NCBI GenBank assembly: GCA_016176285.1
Contig: JACOXM010000001.1
Coordinates: forward strand, 5,812 to 69,811
From: Candidatus Giovannonibacteria bacterium
GTDB lineage: Bacteria; Patescibacteriota; Minisyncoccia; JACPKW01; UBA11713
Length of the DNA: 64,000 nt
Direction: 5' to 3'
In this document: piece by piece, positions 58,762 to 64,000 of the stretch
How the letters are laid out: every line of letters starts with the position of its first letter
Position numbering within the stretch: the stretch's first letter is position 1
The notes under the pieces: model-generated
Databases searched by the model: none
What the model saw: the letters and a program-made list of their open reading frames with translations, nothing else
Told to the model about the DNA's origin: nothing
Program-made: the position numbers and the translations under genes

Positions 58762-60141
58762 ATGAGGCTGCCTTCGGTGTTTTATATTTCTGCAGTATTT
58801 TTTTTATTGTTCTCGCCTTCAATATCCAAATCCCAGACAGATGGTGCGGAAGAAAGCTGCTTTGATTATTATAAATTCCAGTCGGTTACTATAGATCTTC
58901 ATACGGATAAGTCCGCATATAAAGCAGGAGAAGGGGCAAAATTTGTGGGGTCTGTTACCAATACTAATAGTTACCCTCTTGTCGGAGGTTCTTTGATTTT
59001 GCGCGTGAGTAAATTTGACCCTCGTTCAAACGTAGGTAATGACATTATTGACGAATGGACAGCAATCGATGATATAAATTTGCTCGCTGGAGAGAAAAAA
59101 TCTGTTGAAATTCCATATCAGCTTTCTTCAGGTCTTTCGACGGGCACATATGTTTTGACATCTTATTTTGTAACGCAGGGTAAATTCAATCTTGCCGGGC
59201 TTTCTTTTTCGGATGATATTCACGGAGGATACGCAAATTTTTCAGTTGAAGGAAAAAGCGAGAAGACGGTAAAATTTGACAGGAATGGCGTGAAAATAAA
59301 TAACGAGCCTTATCGTATCTTCGGCCTTATTCCAAGATTTTTCACGGAAGATGCTAAAGCTCTGAAAATTTCAGTTCCTCTAAAAAACGAAACCGCCTCA
59401 GATTTGAGCGCGTCCATTGAATATTCTCTTTATTACTGGGACGCGGCGAACAAAAAAAATCTAGTAAAAGAATGGACAAGCGCGGTCGAGATTAAAAAAA
59501 ATTCGTCAAAAGAGCTTTTTGCCGATATTGATGTTGTGGAGAAAACCGTCTATTTCTTGAAAATTAAGGCTACCTTTGGAGATAAAATTTCGGAAATTCA
59601 TGTCAGAATTGCTAAAATCGGTTTCAGGCCCAGGCTTAATTTTATTGGAGTGAACCAGTTTCCATTAACCGGCGAGGAAGGCGCTAGGATGTTCGTTTGT
59701 TATCACAATACAACCGAGCTTTCGGATCCTGCGGCACGTCGTACATTGCAAAGAGATTCTAATGGCAAGATTATTCCTCCAGCATCAGAGACGCGAAACG
59801 GCAAACTCGAACTTATGCTTAAAAATTTTTCGGGCAGAGTTTTATCCAATGCAGTTTTTGAAGGGGGAATTTCCGGCGACGTGGAAGTTTTCGCGAAAGA
59901 TTTGAAAAATCGTTTGGATAATTTTGTAATTTCGGCAAAGCTTTATGATGACAAAGGAAATGTCGTAGATGAAGCGGACGTAGTTTATGATTGTTCAAAA
60001 TTCAGTGAAAATATATGTTCCGAGACTTCGATAAACTATTATTATTTTGGTGCGGGATTTTTGATTTTGGTACTGGCTGTTTATTTGGCCACAGTGCATT
60101 ACAAGAGAAATGAAAAAATTAATGAACCTGCGAAGACATAA
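58762..60141 (+). CDS. Secreted/membrane-anchored Ig-like protein
   Basis: Signal peptide, CFDYYKFQSV, TDKSAY..GE, C-terminal TM plus basic tail; ATG at 58762. Confidence 0.72.
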   Translation: MRLPSVFYISAVFFLLFSPSISKSQTDGAEESCFDYYKFQSVTIDLHTDKSAYKAGEGAKFVGSVTNTNSYPLVGGSLILRVSKFDPRSNVGNDIIDEWTAIDDINLLAGEKKSVEIPYQLSSGLSTGTYVLTSYFVTQGKFNLAGLSFSDDIHGGYANFSVEGKSEKTVKFDRNGVKINNEPYRIFGLIPRFFTEDAKALKISVPLKNETASDLSASIEYSLYYWDAANKKNLVKEWTSAVEIKKNSSKELFADIDVVEKTVYFLKIKATFGDKISEIHVRIAKIGFRPRLNFIGVNQFPLTGEEGARMFVCYHNTTELSDPAARRTLQRDSNGKIIPPASETRNGKLELMLKNFSGRVLSNAVFEGGISGDVEVFAKDLKNRLDNFVISAKLYDDKGNVVDEADVVYDCSKFSENICSETSINYYYFGAGFLILVLAVYLATVHYKRNEKINEPAKT

Positions 60142-62407
60142 ACACATATTTTTAAAATTTCTTTTTCTTGCTGGAATTTTCCTGCTTGCAAGTTCTTTTG
60201 AAAATAAATTTTCGGAGGAAACCAAAGCCGCATCAACTCCGGGCCAGCAAACCAGCGGTAATATATTAGTGAGCTGGGTTAAGCCAGTTAGTACTTATTG
60301 GGGAACGCCGGTTTCAATAATGCTAGATGTTTATAGGATTAATAGCGGAAATACGACAGTTATTTATACCGGAGAAGTAAGCAGGCAATCAGGTGCGCTA
60401 GTTCAGGCATCAGATGTACTAAATCCTGGTGATGTCGTTACTTTAAAACTGATAGAAACCGCTTCATATTTTGAGACGGGTACGGTTACCGACACGCCTT
60501 CCTCGCCGTGGGTTGATAATGTCGCGCAGATGAGTCCAGATGCCCGTATGAGTTATATAGGATTTACCAATATCCCATTTTTAGATTTTAATGGAAATTT
60601 CCATACTTTTCATCACAAACAAACAGACTATGAATTTTCTCCAACAGACCGAGCATACGTTAATTTATGTCCCGTGGTCCATCAAGTCTACCTCGGAAGC
60701 CAATATGTAGATTACGCTTGTATTCGAGCCGGAGTGCATCAGCCGGCCGTTAATATCAGCCCAACAGATATGAGTTGTGGTTCTTTTGGAACGCCTACCG
60801 ATATTGCCGAAGGTGTTCGTGAACTTACTACAACTTGCACGATAGGAAATTCCTTAACAGCTTCGTTAAATTTAGACATAGCGGCTACGAAAATTTATCA
60901 GCCGGCAAACTGGGCGCCTTGGGGGATATTCAATAATCCTCCTTATTATACATTTGAGGGATATTATCTGTTTTCCGAGCAGCCGGTTGCGGCCGCCACT
61001 CTATCTTGGACTTTTGATGTTGCTTCAGTGCCGCCTCCGCCGACTTTAACTTTTACCGGAAGTCCAACCACGATCAATCAAGGGCAGAGTTCTATACTTG
61101 AATGGTCAACGACAAATGTTAATCCGAACGGATGCACTAAATCCAATGGGTGGACAGGGGCAGGTGTTTCGGAAAATGGGTCGGAGATTGTTTCGCCATT
61201 ATCGACAACGACATATCATCTTGATTGTTCGGGCCCAGGTGGAACCACGAGCGGGGAAGTTAGAATTACTGTTAACCCGCCGCCATTGCCTTCTTGTCCG
61301 CTTTTGCCGCAGGTTGGAAGGACGATTAAAGATTTTACTCCATACAACAAGGTTAGATCCTGTGATTCGACCCAGAGCTGGTGTTTGATAAATCCAAGCG
61401 ATTCATTTACTCTTAGTCCTCCTTTGCCTGCGGGTTTCTACAACGTAACCCTTGTATCCTATGATCAACATTCAATTTACGGAGGAGAGAATCAGCCGAA
61501 AGAACAATATTATTTGAAATTATTTAATTCATTAGGCTCGCTTGTAGCGCAAACTAATTCCACTTTGGATATTCCCCAAACATCTGATTACAACGATTAT
61601 AATAATTCCGCCAACAATACTTTTAATCTCAATATTCCCCAAGCTATCTCATCGGTCGAGGCCTGGCATTCGGCTTATGTTGATAACGATGATCTTAACG
61701 GCAGTCCGCATAGTATTTACCCTGTTTGCGCGTCATTCGAACCAGTGGTTGCTCCCTTATCAGTTTCCTGTTCAGCAAGTCCCAGCACAATCAACACCGG
61801 AGAATCAACCACTTGGACTGCGACAGTAACAGGGGGCGCCGGGAGTCCTACTTTTTCATGGTCCGGAACCAATGGATTATCTGGTACAAGCCAAACAGTT
61901 ATAAAAACATATAATTCCGCAGGAACTAAAAATGCAGAGGTCAGGGTAACTTCGGGAACCGAAATTGAGACTGCGTCATGTTCATTAACAGTTAATACGC
62001 CACAACCTGATTACAATATTCTTTCCTCGCCTTCTTCGATGTTTGTCAATATAAAAGGATCCGGAGGGAATGCTAACTCCAGCAAGATAAAAATTACTAT
62101 TGACCCGAATGTAAATCCGTTAATAAGTTTTTCAAAAAAAATTGATCTTTCGTTGGAAAGCATCATTTCCAACATTACTGGCCTGCCATTGGCTGGCGTT
62201 AGCCCAAATTTTTCCCCCAATAACAGTTTGACTTCGTCGGAATATTCAACCGGTGCTGATTTCTGGCTTACGGTTCCAAGCAATGCTGAACCTGGAGTTT
62301 ACACGGTAAACATTAAGGGCGAAAATCCTGACCTGCCCCCGCGTTATAATCAACAGTTAATAACTTTAAGTATTGATATACTTGAACCGAACTTTAAAGA
62401 GGAGTAG
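60110..62407 (+). CDS. Large secreted surface protein (PKD/Ig-like repeats)
   Basis: Signal peptide; PPTLTFT..PTTI..GQSS.LEW, SVSCSASP..TW PKD-like modules; C-terminal domain ending FKEE. Confidence 0.78.
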   Translation: MKKLMNLRRHKHIFLKFLFLAGIFLLASSFENKFSEETKAASTPGQQTSGNILVSWVKPVSTYWGTPVSIMLDVYRINSGNTTVIYTGEVSRQSGALVQASDVLNPGDVVTLKLIETASYFETGTVTDTPSSPWVDNVAQMSPDARMSYIGFTNIPFLDFNGNFHTFHHKQTDYEFSPTDRAYVNLCPVVHQVYLGSQYVDYACIRAGVHQPAVNISPTDMSCGSFGTPTDIAEGVRELTTTCTIGNSLTASLNLDIAATKIYQPANWAPWGIFNNPPYYTFEGYYLFSEQPVAAATLSWTFDVASVPPPPTLTFTGSPTTINQGQSSILEWSTTNVNPNGCTKSNGWTGAGVSENGSEIVSPLSTTTYHLDCSGPGGTTSGEVRITVNPPPLPSCPLLPQVGRTIKDFTPYNKVRSCDSTQSWCLINPSDSFTLSPPLPAGFYNVTLVSYDQHSIYGGENQPKEQYYLKLFNSLGSLVAQTNSTLDIPQTSDYNDYNNSANNTFNLNIPQAISSVEAWHSAYVDNDDLNGSPHSIYPVCASFEPVVAPLSVSCSASPSTINTGESTTWTATVTGGAGSPTFSWSGTNGLSGTSQTVIKTYNSAGTKNAEVRVTSGTEIETASCSLTVNTPQPDYNILSSPSSMFVNIKGSGGNANSSKIKITIDPNVNPLISFSKKIDLSLESIISNITGLPLAGVSPNFSPNNSLTSSEYSTGADFWLTVPSNAEPGVYTVNIKGENPDLPPRYNQQLITLSIDILEPNFKEE

Positions 62408-62428
62408 GTATGTGATAAAGTAACTCAC

Positions 62429-63169
62429 ATGGAAAATAACGAGGAAAATCAAGAAAAAATCGATAAGCAGGAAGAAAAAAACACGTTTCTTATACCCGCA
62501 AGCATAATTTTCGCGGGGATGCTAATTGCGTTCTCGATTTATTACACGAACGGCGCTCCGGCGCTCCGGAATAATCAGGAAGCTTCTGGGGGCGGATCAG
62601 TGGCTGAAAATAAAATCAGACAAGTTGATTCAAGTGACCATCAATTTGGAAGTCCGGAAGCAGAAATAAAATTGGTTGAATATTCGGACTTGGAGTGTCC
62701 ATTTTGTAAAATATTTCACGAGACCCTCAAAAAAATAATGTCGGAATACGGAAATAACGGAAAAGTCGTATGGGTTTACAGGCATTTTCCACTGGAGCAG
62801 ATACATCCAAAAGCCCAAAAGGAGGCAGAAGCTTCAGAATGCGCGGCGGAACTTGGCGGCAACGAGGCATTTTGGGCTTATATTGATAAAGTTTTCAACA
62901 TCACCCCATCGAATAATAAATTAGACCCTCTAAAACTTCCGATAATAGCCGAAGAAATTGGATTAGATAAAGCCAAATTTGAATCGTGTTTGTCTTCGGG
63001 TAAATGGAAAGAGAGAGTTAATTCCGACTACAGGGACGCGGTTAGTGCGGGCGGAGATGGCACTCCTTTTACTGTACTTATAACAAGATCAGGCAAAAAT
63101 ATTCCTTTTTCGGGAGCGCTTCCTTACGATGACGTAAAGTCTATTATAGACAAGGCTTTAGCTGAATAA
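62429..63169 (+). CDS. dsbA: DsbA family thiol-disulfide oxidoreductase
   Basis: TM anchor, EYSDLECPFC, VYRHFPL, GTP. Confidence 0.9.
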   Translation: MENNEENQEKIDKQEEKNTFLIPASIIFAGMLIAFSIYYTNGAPALRNNQEASGGGSVAENKIRQVDSSDHQFGSPEAEIKLVEYSDLECPFCKIFHETLKKIMSEYGNNGKVVWVYRHFPLEQIHPKAQKEAEASECAAELGGNEAFWAYIDKVFNITPSNNKLDPLKLPIIAEEIGLDKAKFESCLSSGKWKERVNSDYRDAVSAGGDGTPFTVLITRSGKNIPFSGALPYDDVKSIIDKALAE

Positions 63170-63331
63170 ATTATTTAAATGCCAACTTGCGACGAATGCG
63201 GACACTATCATAAGGAGGTCTGTAAGTGCGGTTGTAGGCAAATTGTCTGCCATTATTGCTGGCACCAGCATGGGAAAAAATATAAAGATGGCCGCTGCCA
63301 GTTTTGCGGGTGCACTAAATTGATTATTCAC
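63158..63331 (-). CDS. Possible small two-helix membrane protein
   Basis: GTG 63331, 57 aa, two hydrophobic stretches; fills the dsbA-trxB gap. Confidence 0.35.
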   Translation of the reverse strand: MNNQFSAPAKLAAAIFIFFPMLVPAIMADNLPTTALTDLLMIVSAFVASWHLNNLFS

Positions 63332-63377
63332 AAAGAAAACGGAAAGCCGAAATAGGCGATATGGTACAATTATTTCC

Positions 63378-64000
63378 ATGTTATACGACGTAATTATTAT
63401 TGGCGGGGGACCTGCAGGGTGTTCCGCGGCGATTTATTCCGCAAGGAAAAAACTAAAAACTCTTTTAATAACGGAATCTTTCGGGGGACAATCAATTGTT
63501 TCCGATGATATACAGAATTGGATTGGCGAAGAGCACATATCCGGTTTTGATTTGGCGAAAAAATTTGAAAATCATGTCCGTGCTTTTTCGGACGTTATAG
63601 ATATTAAAATTCCGGAGAGAGTGGTTGAAATCAGTTCGAAAAAATGTTTAGTGTCCGAGGCCGGCCGAATATGCGATTTCGAGGTAGGGACGGATAAAGG
63701 CAATTCATACGAGGGGAAAAGTATAATTTTGGCGGCGGGCGCTAGGAGGAAAAAATTAAATATTCCAGGCGAGGAAAAATTTGAAGGCAAGGGTGTTGTG
63801 TATTGCTCGACTTGCGACGCGCCTCTTTTTTCCGGGAAAAAAGTAATTGTTGTCGGGGGCGGAAATTCGGGGCTTGAGGCTGTGGTTGACCTTTTTCCTT
63901 ATGCAAGCGAGATTTATCTTCTTCACAGAGGGGATACATTGAAGGGCGATCCGGTTGAACAGGAGGAAATTAAGAAAAACGCGAAGCTTAAAGAAATTAT
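63378..64000 (+). CDS. trxB: Thioredoxin reductase/AhpF-like FAD oxidoreductase (3'-partial)
   Basis: MLYDVIIIGGGPAG, GGQ, GKGVVYCSTCDAP, VVGGGNSGLEA; runs off the window end. Confidence 0.9.
   Translation, partial: MLYDVIIIGGGPAGCSAAIYSARKKLKTLLITESFGGQSIVSDDIQNWIGEEHISGFDLAKKFENHVRAFSDVIDIKIPERVVEISSKKCLVSEAGRICDFEVGTDKGNSYEGKSIILAAGARRKKLNIPGEEKFEGKGVVYCSTCDAPLFSGKKVIVVGGGNSGLEAVVDLFPYASEIYLLHRGDTLKGDPVEQEEIKKNAKLKEI

Overview
A gene-dense, AT-rich bacterial chromosome segment in genetic code 11 (TGA is used as stop). It very probably comes from a Patescibacteria/CPR (Parcubacteria-like) genome, judged from the type IV pilus operon, PheT lacking the B2 domain, CPR-type Cys-rich proteins and mostly SD-less starts. 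From left to right it holds: the type IV pilus operon (pilB end, receiver protein, pilT, pilC, six pilin-like genes, pilD); ligA; two tandem ~580-aa Cys-rich paralogs; gatCA; a broken deoxyhypusine-synthase-family gene; tRNA-fMet with a GIY-YIG gene between copies of its 5' end; a DUF5667 protein; an HTH/LAGLIDADG-like ORF running into tRNA-Met and tRNA-Asp; pheS-NUDIX-pheT; gyrB; secE-nusG-rplK-dcd-tmk-thyX; a DHFR-HIT fusion; secDF; rpoBC; ftsK; recA; and a sensor kinase. The best candidate for an undescribed system is a putative RiPP cluster at ~47.4-57.6 kb. It encodes YcaO, a SagB-type dehydrogenase, a membrane/signal-anchored Cys/Ser/Gly/Asp-rich precursor, two PaaK-like adenylating enzymes, a PLP decarboxylase, a methyltransferase and TPR-like proteins. 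It is followed by surface proteins, two of which share a C-terminal domain ending FKEE, then dsbA and a partial trxB. All calls come from reading motifs by eye; no database search was run.
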